Of a DNA stretch of 64,000 bases, positions 26,757-38,663 are shown in pieces. Source of the stretch: Callorhinchus milii. Its lineage: Eukaryota. Within the stretch, counting starts at the first letter, position 1, and each line of letters starts with the position of its first letter. Below the pieces are notes generated by a model that saw nothing but the letters and a program-made list of their open reading frames with translations, had not been told where the DNA came from and ran no database searches. Made by a program: the position numbers and the translations under genes. Where the stretch lies: assembly GCF_018977255.1 (NCBI RefSeq), contig NW_024704743.1, positions 104,348,001 through 104,412,000 on the forward strand, read 5' to 3'.

Positions 26757-28083
26757 TGGATTTAGAGCATGTCAGATAGCTTTTCTGGTCAGTAGATAAC
26801 TGAGAGGTGTGATAGTAACTTTTTCTGACCCTAATAATGAAAATTGCCCGCGCATTGTATTGTGACTAGCCTTGTAATTTTGTTCTACAAAAACAGATTG
26901 AATTTAAGAGTCCAAAAAAAATCTAATATTGTGTGTAATATAATAATACACCCAAGGGGTAAATTCATTACGACTATTAGTAGAAATAAAAGGGAAAAAT
27001 AGCAATCGCTGGAAAACTGAAATAAAAATGTAAATGTGAGAAATTCGCAACAAGTCAATCAGCACCTGAAAATATGACACATCCTTCTCTTCCGAGTACT
27101 GACTTCCAGTAATTTCTGTTTTGTATTTTACCACTGTGATGAAAGAGGGCCTGAGTTTTTTACAATAATGCTGGGTAGGACTTCTGGCCATGATGTATAA
27201 AAAGGCAATAGTACATCTAGAGCATCTTCTTTCATAAGAACCGCGTTAGGACCAAGCTACAGTGGTTAAATTATTTGAGAACACAAATAATTTAAATACT
27301 GCAACACTAATTGCATCCCCAGACAAAAGCCAAGCTGATTCAAATATGCCTACAGCAGAGTCCCATGATTTTAGAGTTTAATTAGTTATTTTTGCATAAA
27401 CTGTATTCGTACCTACATATGAAAGTGGTCAGATGCTACAGTAACACTAGGATTACTGTAGCAACCTCTTGAAAGGAAAATAATTGTCATTTTCATCATG
27501 TATTTGCTTAACTCATAACTATCCAGTGCTCCAAGTTGATAGCTTGCCCGAAGAGCACAATATAAATACAATCTGTTGTTGCTGCTGTTGCTTTTAAGGA
27601 TTCAGAAAATCTCAGGATAGTTTTATAAGCTGATGTTTGAATAGAGTTTGTATCACTTCAGCAGGTATTTTCTTTGTAATTCTTTGTAATTGTTTCCCTA
27701 TTTATAACGCTTGTACATTTAGTGTTTATGCAACCAATGGAAATGTCAAAATTATGGTTAGTTTAATTTCCAACATCAGCTGAGATTTAACGGATTTAAT
27801 TTTTTAGTTTTTNAAATCTTGAATGTGGTCATTGTATATAATGACACTGTCAAAATTGATATTGATGTTTTAACTCCTTCCTATTCTATGGTGCCATTTC
27901 CAAAATCCAGCATATACTGCTTTGTAGACTGCAACAACAGGGCTGGAAATTACATAATAAATAAATGATCCCTACATTTGATATGTTGGGAGGATGACTC
28001 AAAACACTTCACAGGATTTTACTGTAAATATAGTGTCTGTGTATTTTGTAGTTTGGCAGCCAATCTGCACACATCAATCCTGT

Positions 28084-28420
28084 GTGGAGTCCTGCAGCTC
28101 AGTGGGTGGAGTCCTGTAGCTCAGTGGTTGGAGCACTCGCGTTGCAAGTGAGAGGACCTGGATTCGATTCCTGGCAGTGTGAAACCTTGGGCAAGTTTCC
28201 TTACTCCACACACCTAATAATAATCCCTCAAAAAAAAATTATAAATTAGTCACTTCAATCCACGACTGTTTGTGAGACACTGCTCTATGCAATTGGCTGC
28301 CGAGTTTCACCCACAAAATATACGGTCAATTCACTTTACAGTATATTCTTTGAAGCGCTTTGAGATGTCTAGAAGACGTGAAAAGCACTATATCAAATGC
28401 AAGGATTATTATTATTATTA
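28084..28420 (+). mobile_element. Young tRNA-derived SINE with duplicated 5' 22 nt
   Basis: gtggagtcctgcagctcagtgg followed directly by gtggagtcctgtagctcagtgg. Confidence 0.9.
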
Positions 28421-28479
28421 TCAATAGAATGATATATGGAATGAAACAAGCCATTTGGCCCAACTAGTCCACGTGGAGA

Positions 28480-28612
28480 TAATAATAATAATAATCCTTG
28501 CATTTGATATAGCGCTTTTCACGTCGGGAGGACGTCCCAAAGCGCTTCACAGAACACACTGTAAAGTGAATTGACTGTATATTTGTGGGCGAACGCGGCA
28601 GCCAATTGCAAT
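28480..28612 (-). mobile_element. 5'-truncated young SINE
   Basis: (aat)n plus reverse complement of the SINE 3' half. Confidence 0.85.
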
Positions 28613-29705
28613 TTTCCAGTCAATAACTCGGACTTCTTATTTACCAATGTCAGATTACAAGAAAGAAAAAAAAACTGATGAGCAAAACAATGGTGGGAAA
28701 CGGCTGTTGTTTCATTCATAGACTTTTATTTGGACTTTGACGACTGGCGAAATTGGTGTTTTGGGAATCTTGCCACAAATCTCCAGTCCAGATCATTATA
28801 AATAATGCAAATCAATTTTCCATTTTGTCCCGAATGTCTCAGGAATTCACCAAACATTTTTGTTTGAAATATATGAAAAGGGCTTCAATTTGCTTAATAA
28901 TGTCCTGATGATTATGATATGGGTAGCTGTTTAGGAGAAAAAAAAACAGCCTGTGAGAAGATGGTTAATACAAGTGTTTGAGGAAATGGGAAAATAAAAT
29001 ATGGATTTGTTTGGTGACCCAATGAGTCTGTGAAATTTCCTCTTTGTCTCTGCTGTGTCAGCAGCAGTACAAGACTGTGACCTTTTAAACATGAGTTTCT
29101 GCAATAAGGACAGGAATAGTCTAACACCAGGAGGCAAGGGACTAAGCTACTACTAGATTGAGACACTTAAATACAGGATGCAAATTTGTGGGATGCACTA
29201 CATTTGATCATCATCATTTAGTGCTGAAATTCCTTTCTTTGTGAACAAAATGACATTAAAATCTATCACTACAAACATAGCTCCACCTCTGAATGAAAGA
29301 TGTTGAAATTTCATTTGCTTCAGTGTTGTCCTGATTATGTGAATGGTGTTTTTGTTTGCAGTGATAGAGGGGGCAAATTTCATGATGAGCATTTCACACT
29401 GTTAATATATTGAAGATTCTAAATTCAGTTTATAAATGTGGAAATTGTGGGGGTTTCCTCTCAAATTAAGAGGTAATGGGGTAAAAGGAGTACTTGAGAA
29501 TTCTGAAAGGTTTTGAGGGATTACATGGTAAAAAAAATTATATCTGCCAGTTAGCAAATCAGTAAGAAAGGAACGTAAACCCATTGAAGAGAGGGCGAGA
29601 CTTGAGGGGGTGAGTTGAAGATGACATTAGAATATATTTTTTCCATGGGGAGCTTTTAGAACATTGTTCTGCTTTGGCGCGTGTGACTGTGGTGAGAACT
29701 GAGGT

Positions 29706-29999
29706 GTGGAGTCCTGTAGCTCAGTGGTCTCTTGCAAGCGAGACATCTGGATTCAATTCCAGGCAGGGCGAAACCTTGGGCAAGTTTCCTTACTCCACAC
29801 GCCTAATAATCCTTCAAAAAACAAAACAATAATAAATTGGTCATTTCAATCCACTGCTGTGTGCAATTGGCTGCTGCTTTTCACCCACAAATATACAGGC
29901 AATTCACTTTACAGCATATTCTGTGAAACGCTTTGAGAAGTCTAGAAGACATAAAAAGCGCTATATCAAATGCAAGGATTATTATTATTATTATTATTA
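29706..29999 (+). mobile_element. Young tRNA-derived SINE (small internal deletions)
   Basis: Head, body and (tta)n. Confidence 0.9.
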
Positions 30000-30329
30000 A
30001 AGTAACAACATTTGAATGGGAATTGGATTAATAGTTGAAAGGGAATGATTTCAAGGAATAGTCTAAGCTGGATTTGAACTCAACCGTTGTGATGGAGACA
30101 GGATGGATAATCATACCTATAGCCTATTATTTAACAATTAATCTTTCAATCCTTGTGTCTTTCTGCATTACATTTTCTATGATTCTAAGCCAGCCGTGGA
30201 AAGGATAATCAAAGCACAACACTTTACAGTAAAATCCTGTGATTTGAGATGACGAGATAAGGCACAATATCAAAGGCAACTATTATTTATCATTATTATT
30301 ATCACTCGTTAATTTAATTTACTGATAAC

Positions 30330-30680
30330 GAGTAAAAGGATGGTGAAAGGAAGGGTGCAGCTGATTCGGGAACAAAAAGGAAAATGGTCAAAAAGGAAGG
30401 TGGGATTTTAAAGTGGGGAGGGATGGGGCGGAGGGATTGAGGGAAGGAGTTCCAGAGCTTCAGAGCGTCGTGGCTGAAAGCATGGCTGCCGAAAGTAGAG
30501 CGGAGGGGGCAAGTGACAAACAGGAGGACAAATCCAGCCGAGCGGAGGCAGCGGGTGGGGGGTAAGCAAATCGGATAGGTAGGGAGGTGGGAGAACATGA
30601 AGGGATTTAAAAATGAGTGAGAGGATCTTGAAGTCGATTTGTTTGGTAATTGGGAGCCAGTGCAGCCTGGCAAAGTCTGG
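30330..30680 (-). mobile_element. Old L2 fragment
   Basis: ARLHWLPITKQIDFKILSLIFK; AFSHDALKLWNSFP. Confidence 0.8.
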
Positions 30681-30789
30681 TGGGATGGGTTCAGGAGTTC
30701 TGTGTGGCCACCGGTGTGCTAAATTAATTGAATTTTGTGTCTGGGGGAGCTGCGGAGGACATTTTAAAAGTTCAGCTGGGAAATGACAA

Positions 30790-31400
30790 AGGCACAAGCG
30801 TCTGCCAATGTCAACTGTATAGGGCCCTGGTGAGACCACACCTGGAATACTGTGTCCAGTTTTGGTCTCCTCATTTAAGAAAGGATGTACTTGCCTTGGA
30901 GGGGGTGCAGCGTAGATTTACTTGGTTAGTACCAGGGATGAAGGGATTGAGTTACGAGGATAGGCTGACCAATTTGGGCCTATATTCTCTAGAATATAGA
31001 AGAATTAGAGGGGATCTTATATAAACCTAAAAGATCATCAAAAGGCATGATAGAGTAGAGAGTGGGAGATTGTTTCCCCTGGTTGGAGAAACTAAAACCA
31101 GGGGTCACAACCTTAAAATCAGAGGCCAGCCCTTTCGCACTGAGTTGAGGAAGAACTTCTTCACTCAAAGGGTGGTGAATGTATGGAACTCACTACCCCA
31201 AAGGGCTGTTGACGCTCAGTCCTTGAACATATTCAAGACTGAGATAGATAGATTTCTTATTGCAAAAGGGATTAAGGGATATGGGGATAAGGCAGGGTCA
31301 GGTTATTAGCTGGAGTTAGATTAGAAGATCAGCCATGATTGAATGGCGGGGCAGGCTCGAAGGGCCGAATGGCCTACTCTTGCTCACATATTATGTTATG
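30790..31400 (+). mobile_element. CR1 LINE 3' fragment
   Basis: [41 protein letters not shown]; 3' UTR. Confidence 0.92.
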
Positions 31401-31409
31401 GTAAAAGAG

Positions 31410-33853
31410 GAGGCACTAGAGAAATTGGGATAAAAATAGATATAGAGGAGGTATTTAAAATGTTAGCAGCGCTCCAAGTAGAAAGGTCACCAGGTCCGAA
31501 TGGGAGGCACCCTAGGTTACTGAAGGAAGTTAGAGTGGATTTAGAGGAGACTCTGGCCACAACCTTTCACTCTCCTTGGAGTGGTGCCTGAGGGCTGGAG
31601 GGTTACAAATGTTACACCCTGTACAAAAAAGAAAAGAGGGATAAACCTGGTAACTACAGACCAGTCAGCCTAACATCATTGGGTGGGGAAACTTCTATAG
31701 ACTATAATATGGGACAAAATTAATTTCCACTTAGAAAAAGTTAATTAATGACAGTCAACATGGATTTGTTGAAGGTAAATCATGTCTGACAAACTTAATT
31801 AAGTTCTTTGATGATATAACGGAGAGGATTGATGAAGGTAGTGCAGTTGACGTAGTGTACATCGACTTTCAGAAGACGTTTGATAATGTGCCACATAATA
31901 GACTAGTTAGCAAAATTTAAGCCCATCGGATAAAAGGGACAGTGGCAGCATGTTTTGGCTGGGAGACAGAAAACAGAGGGTAGTTTTTAAGACAGGTTGG
32001 AAGTATACAGTGATGTCCCCCAAAGGTTGGTATTAGGTCCACTGCTCTTTTTCATATACATATATAATTCGAACTTGGATACAGAGAGCAACATTTTATT
32101 GTTTGCAGATGATACAAAACTTGGGAATGTAGTAAATACTGAGGAGAATAGTAGCAGACTGCAGGGGTACACAGACAGACTGGTGAAATGGGCAGACACA
32201 TGGCAGATGATATTTAAAGCACAGAAGTTTGAGGTAATGCATTTTCAGAGTAAGAATGAGGAGAGGTAATATACAATAAATGGTACAGTTTTAAAGGGAG
32301 AACAGGAGCAGAGAGACCTGGGAGTTCACTGGTTAGGCCTCAGCTGGATTATCGTGTCCAATTCTGGGTACCACATATTACAACAACAACAACAACAACA
32401 AGATTCCATTTATAAAGCGCCTTTCACGTCAGGAGGACGTCCCAAGGCGCTGCACAGTTGGGTCATGACCCGAGCAAGGGGGAAATGGTCAGGGTGAGGG
32501 GAGGGAAGGGAGGGAGCGAGGAGGGGGGAAATGGTCAGGGTGAGGGGAGGGAAGGGAGGGAGCAGGAGGGGGGAAATGGTCAGGGTGAGGGGAGGGAAGG
32601 GAGGGAGCGAGGAGGGGGAAGAGAGTCGAGAGGGGAGCTGAAGGCACGGTCAAAGAGAAAGGTTTTGAGACCGGCCTTGAAGGAGGAAAGGGAGGAAGCA
32701 AGGCGAAGGCACTGGGGGATAGAGTTCCAGAGCCTGGGGGCTGAGAGGCTGAAGGCCCGACCACCGATGGTAGGGCGGTTGGGGCGGGGGATGTGGAGCA
32801 GACCGGAGCCAGAGGAACGGAGAGTACGGGCAGGTAGGTAGGGGGATAGTAGGTCGGAGAGGTAGGAGGGAGCAAGGCCGTGAATGGCCTTGTAGGTGAG
32901 GATGAGGATCTTGAAATCAATCCCCTGGGGGATGGGGAGCCAGTGGAGGCGAGCGAGGGTGGGAGTGATGTGGTCCCGAAGCCTGGTGCGGGACAGTACA
33001 CGAGCTGCAGAGTTCTGAATGACCTGCAGCTTGTGGAGGGAGGTGGCGGGAAGGCCGGCGAGGAGAGAGTTCCCATAGTCCAGCCTTGAGGTGACAAAGG
33101 CGTGAACCAGGGTTTCAGCAGCGTGAGGGGTGAGGTAATGCCGTAGTCTGGCGATGTTCCGGAGGTGATGGAAGGCGGTGCCAGTTGTGGTGCGGATGTG
33201 AGGGAGAAAGGACAGCTCAGGGTCGAACAAAACGCCGAGGTTCCTGACTGGCTTTGAGAGGTGGAGAGTGCAGCCTTGGATGCTGATGGTATCAGCGCCT
33301 GAGGTGCGGAGGTGCTGACGTGAGCCAATCAGGAGGGCCTCGGTTTTTCGCACGTTGAGCTGAAGAAAGTATTAGGAAGGATATCAAGGCCTTGGAGATT
33401 TATTGGAAAGGTACCAGAGATGAGGGACATTAGTTTTGTGGAGAGAATAGAGAAGCTGGGATTGTTCTCCTTAGAGCAGAGAAGGCTAAGGAGAGATTTA
33501 ATATAGGTGTTCAAAATGATGAGGGGTTTTGATACAGCAGAGAGAAACTGTTTCCACTGGCAGTTGTGTCGGTAACCAGGGGATATAGATTCAGTATACT
33601 TGGCGAAAGAACCAAGTATAAAAGGACAAAGGGGAGATGAGGAAAAAATGTTTTACACAGAAAATTGTCATTGCCTGAAAGGGTGGTGGAAACAGATTCA
33701 GTAACAACTTCAAGGGATTTGGATAGGAAATTGAAGAGGAAAAAATTGCAAGGATATGGGGAAAGAGCAGGGGAGTGGGACTGACTGGGTAGTCTCTTCC
33801 AATGAGCCGGCACAATGGCCTACTTCTGTGCTGTAATATTCTATGATTCTATG
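31410..33853 (+). mobile_element. Older CR1 LINE (different subfamily), interrupted by L2
   Basis: SPGPNGRHPRLLKE; LFADDTKLG; ends (ttctatga)n. Confidence 0.9.
32381..33369 (-). mobile_element. Young L2 LINE nested in CR1
   Basis: 257-aa open ORF2 C-terminus; tatta at both junctions (32376-32380, 33370-33374). Confidence 0.95.
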
Positions 33854-35278
33854 ATCATAGATCATAGTTAGCTTTTTATAATATTTGCAGGATACTGCCT
33901 GAAACCTACATTAATTGTCCAACTATGGACTTACACTAAAAGGAAAAGGCTTACATGTTGATTCAAAGCATTTGAGATTTAATGCTTTACTGTTTTGAAC
34001 CTTGAAATCAGTGCCTGAAAGCTGAACAACGTAATATGAAAATAGTACACAGCATGACACGTTATTGTACAATTCAGAATATAGTAATTTTTAAAAGCAT
34101 TGCCCGCTGGACAAATGAGTGCTCATTGTAATAAATGTTAGCAGGAATACCACTTAAAGGGAATCCATTAGCCAGGCTCCCTGGTAGTTCTGATTTTTAA
34201 CATCCACATGATAATAAAAACATATGCACTGTATATCTGCATATTTAAAGATTTAATCTATACACATTCTTGATAACTTTTCAGTGTGGAAAATGTGTGC
34301 AATATCATGACTGCTTGCAAAAATTGAATTATTTGTAACAATTTTAAGTTTATTGGATGGTCCTATGCCAATGTACAGAAAATGAATTGTTTCTCAATCT
34401 CCAGTACCCTCCAATGCCATTGCAGTCACGCTCTCACTTAGAGAATTCCCCTGTACAATTCAGAACTGCCACTGATGTGATATTCAATGTCTTTTCCCCT
34501 TTGCTCTCCTCACTAACCTAGCAGTAGATATAATAGATAGCTAATAGAAGATTCCATTGGTGTTTAGGAGAAACGTCATGCAGAGGTGGTGAGAATTTGA
34601 AATTCACTGCAAGAAGTTGTTTGAAACAAATAGCATCAAAGTATTTAAGGTTTATACATGAGGGAGAAGAAGGGAATAGAGGGGTATTGGTAAGATGAAT
34701 TAAGCGCTCCGGGACGCTATCCCGCTTGAAGGACGCTATACAAATGCAAGTTGTTGTTCTTGTTGTTGTATTAGGGGTAGAGGCTCGTGGGGAGTATAAA
34801 CATCAGCAGTAGCTAATTGGGTTTAAGGACGTTCTGTGATATATAACTTTATATAATTCTATGTACCTAGCCCTGGGGGTGAAATATGTTCCAAGATGCT
34901 TTCTAAAGTGTGGAATTATGTACACAATGTTCCTTAATGATCATTAACAAGGTTTAAAAAGCTCAGTGGACTTTTGTTTTTTCCACTAGCAGCCGAGCCC
35001 GAACCTATCACAAGCAGCTGAGCCCGTACTCATTGTCTCCAAATTTGCTTTGTATTAATCAGGAGCTCAAACCCTGATTTCTCTGCCCAGCACAGGACAC
35101 TGAGCAGTGTCCAATTGTGCCATTCCTACCGCTACACTATATTCTGTATTTGATGGACCTTCACCTACAAAACACAGTCACTGCACTTTACAGTGTATCC
35201 TGTGAATTGCTTTGAGAAGGCCTCCTGCGGTGTACCAAATATATCAAATACAAGGATTATTATTATTAATAGTTAATA

Positions 35279-35603
35279 GTGGAGTCCTGTAGCTCAGTGG
35301 TCAGAGCACTCGCTTTGCAAGCGAGAGACCTGAGTTCAATTCCAGACAGGGCGAAACCTTGGGCAAGTTTCCTTACTCCACACGCCTAATAATAATCCCT
35401 CCAAAACCAAAATCAATAATAAATTGGTCATTTTCAATCTACGACTGTTTGTGGGACATTGCTGTGCGCAATTGGCTGCCGCGTTCGCCCACAAATATAC
35501 AGTCAATTCACTTTACAGTGTGTTCTGTGAAGCGCTTTGGGACGTCCTCCCGACGTGAAAAGCGCTATATCAAATGCAAGGATTATTATTATTATTATTA
35601 TTA
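35279..35603 (+). mobile_element. Young tRNA-derived SINE
   Basis: Full length, (tta)n tail. Confidence 0.92.
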
Positions 35604-35639
35604 AGCCCAGATCAGGAATTGAACCTACGAGCTTCCTAA

Positions 35640-36330
35640 TGTATATGGGAAGTTCGCAGGGAGTTCCTTGCACCTACAATCCACCTACTGAGGGCTCAAA
35701 CCCGTGATGTTCGGATGTCGAATGATCAACTGGTGACTATCTTACTTGGGGCGAGGTAAGCGGGGTCTCCTTGGAGCTGAACTAGCTCTCAGGTGACATG
35801 CCTGGCAATGGAATGTCAGAATCGAGCCAACCCTCTGTGGCGGTCGTGGTCGTCAGGTTCCTGAGTCAGGAGGGTCTGCAGGATTCCAGGGCACTGCTGT
35901 TGACAGAACAGCCAGCCTGGCTCATCGCAGGATCTGGAAGGGCAGACATAGGGGGAAGGTAGTCATCCCTGCAGCTCCTGTTAACCCTGCAAGCCAAAAC
36001 CATAATTGGTAGGGTGGTCCTAGCTGGACAAGCAATGGGAAAGCTTGCTGAACAGCAATATCAATGGCAAGCTATGTGGTTTTAGCTGGTTAGCCTCCAG
36101 CAGTACCCTAACGCACACTCTTGGGTCCCCAAGCCTTGGCTCTTGCCAACTTGCGCTAATACTTTCCGGAATTAGATAAGCAGGATGTGTCCCTCCAGGG
36201 AGAGAGTGCAAATTCCATTCCAACAATCTATCTCTGGATTTCCATGTGTAGGTGGGATGCATGGAAATCTCAGCTTGGTTTGGATACTATGCCTAATGTG
36301 TCAGACTCCTGGCTGACCCCCCCCAAAATG
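35640..36330. repeat. Unclassified interspersed repeat (copies also at ~8770-9050 and, inverted, 53395-53755)
   Basis: Shared blocks such as ctcctgttaaccct and gtccctccagggagagag..ccattccaacaatctatct. Confidence 0.7.
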
Positions 36331-38094
36331 TATGCCACAGCTACTCATGGAATGATTTTGTTGAACTATTGGGGAAGCTCATATAGCAATAACAAATAAG
36401 AGACAGCAAGCCTGAGTTTAGAAGGGAAAAGGTGAGGGCGCAATCTAGTGACTGAAACTGAAGTGATGGGATAAGGGTCAGACAGAGATTATAAAGTGCT
36501 TACACAAGGTACAAACTGAAGCTGAGGGGATGAGTTTGAAAGCAATAGGATTGATTAGGTACCTTTTTCCTTACATCAAAGGGATATATCTCTCACTTAT
36601 TCATCTAAGTAAAGGGCGCCAAAAGCTTTATTTGGACTATGATGGTTTGATTAAGGTACTAAGAGTCAGAACCCTCTATGGCTAGTACAATACCAAGCAA
36701 TACTGACCAGAAATGAATCTCAGTCTGTGTCTGTGTTGTGTTATCTCAAACAGGCAGCAGCTGTGGCACCACAATGATACAGGGTACCATAGGGGCTAAA
36801 TGAAGTTCATTAACTGCAACAAGTCTTGACAATGACAGCTTCTCTGCTACCCATGGCTGGTATAATACAAGGTCCGAAGCACAGCAGAATGGCAGCTAAT
36901 AATGAGTCAGAGCCACTGGTTACATACTGAAGCCTTGAGAGCTATAAATGGATGGTGTATGGTAAAGGCCAATGTCCGACTGGACACTCCAATAGGTTTG
37001 TCAATTCAATGTCTAGTTATGAGAGAGGAAAGCTTGCTGTATTTCATTGCTTTGCTGGTAGATGTTAACAACATTAACAATGTAGATAAACCCAGTGCTA
37101 GATTTAATGATGGAAACACATTGTAAGAAACATGTTTAAAAAATGTAAATCACAAGCAACCGTCTTAAGAATTTTAAAGAATTTCATATTGTAATATGCT
37201 CCATATTTTAGTTTGTTTTAGACACTGAGAACTGTCAAATCAGCTGGCAATTGATTTAGAGCTTCATAAGTGTGTAGTTACATGTTTATCTGCAGGGTGC
37301 TGAGACCTGGGGTTACATTTAATCTTACTAACACCGGAAAAATATTTGATGCTACATTGAGCTTTTACCAATACAAAGCATGAAAGCACTGAGATCCGGT
37401 CTTATATTAGTTTTTCCATTACTGGGCAGAAGCCACTACAAGATGTTAGCTCATTAATGGTCGTGAAGAGCATGAATTGGAAAAATACTGCATTGTCTCA
37501 ATCAAATGCTAGGTGAACAGGAATGTAACAGAACATTGATGTCCTTGGATTCAATAGAGTTGATACAAGTGCAGCTGAAGAAATTATACAGTCACAGTGA
37601 TTCTGCAGGGCAGAAGTACATCCTCAGAGGCTGAACATTGCTCATTGCCAGAGTAATGTGGGGAGCAGCTTTTACGAGGCAGTATATGCACCCTCATATG
37701 CAGAAATTGAAACATGAATTAACCAATAGCTGTTCAAGCCAATCTCCTCAATCTTGCAGCAAGCACTGGAAACATAATAGCAAAACATTAAGAGCAGTAA
37801 ATGGCTATTAGACATAACAAGCCCAACCTTGTTTGATTCCTAACCTAATTTAATCCTCAATCCCCTCCCTCTAATTGCCTCTTAAATTCGTTTTTAGAGC
37901 CCACTTCAGTGACCTTCTCTGGAAATGTATCCAAGTCTCTTACCTCTGTGTAATACAGGTCACTTTCTTCTCACTCTCAATTTCCTCATTTTCATTTCCA
38001 AAAACATTTACGATGCTGAACTCCAGCTTTGAGTATACGAAATTCCATTGTTGAATTTACTCTGGATAAGTACAAATATACACCTCCATTACTA

Positions 38095-38663
38095 ACAAAA
38101 CGCAAAATGCTGCAGATGCTGGAAATATGAAACAAAAACAGAAATCGCTGGGAACACTCAGCAGGTCAGGCAGCATCTATGGAGAAAGGAAAATGAGTCA
38201 ATGTTTCGGGTCCACGACCCTTCGTCAGAACTGGGGCATATTAGGAGGGAGAGGCATTTAAGGACTAATAGAGAGGGGTACGCCGAGGAAGGAAGACAAA
38301 GAAGAAAATGGGGTAGAGGAGAAATAAATTTCATTTCAATAATTTCAGACCATAACAGCTCACCTCCCCCCTCCGCCTCTTCTGTGACTATTACCACATC
38401 ATCTGGATCCCAGACATACCTTTTCTCTCTTTGGTCTGCCTGTTTTGTTACAATTCCCCCCCACCCTTTGTTTTCTATTATTAACATCTCTTTTCCCCTA
38501 TTGTGTTGCAATCCCACCCTTTGTTTTGCATCATTGACACCTCTTTAACCCATCATCTCCTGTCCTTTACTCCATTTTCTCCTTTGACTTCCTTGCCCTG
38601 CCTCCCAGGTCTCTGTTATCCCTTAAAAGCCTCTCGCTCCCAACATGCCCCAGTTCTGACGAA
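38095..38663 (-). mobile_element. Penelope-like non-autonomous element with inverted arms and minimal hammerhead core
   Basis: ~53-bp inverted arms 38221-38273 / 38611-38663; - strand AGTT-CTGACGA-A-GGGTC(gtg)GACCC-GAAAC-ATT-GACT at 38196-38232. Confidence 0.65.

Larger units (their letters stand above)
25570..29230 (+). pseudogene. Dynein pseudogene segments: AAA1 lid and AAA2 (interrupted by SINEs)
   Basis: AESALFLISF..LIQVLTAVFG (ORF 25605-25835); LGPSYSG* Walker A at 27246-27269; FLFEI at 28857; YI*S near 29200. Confidence 0.7.
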
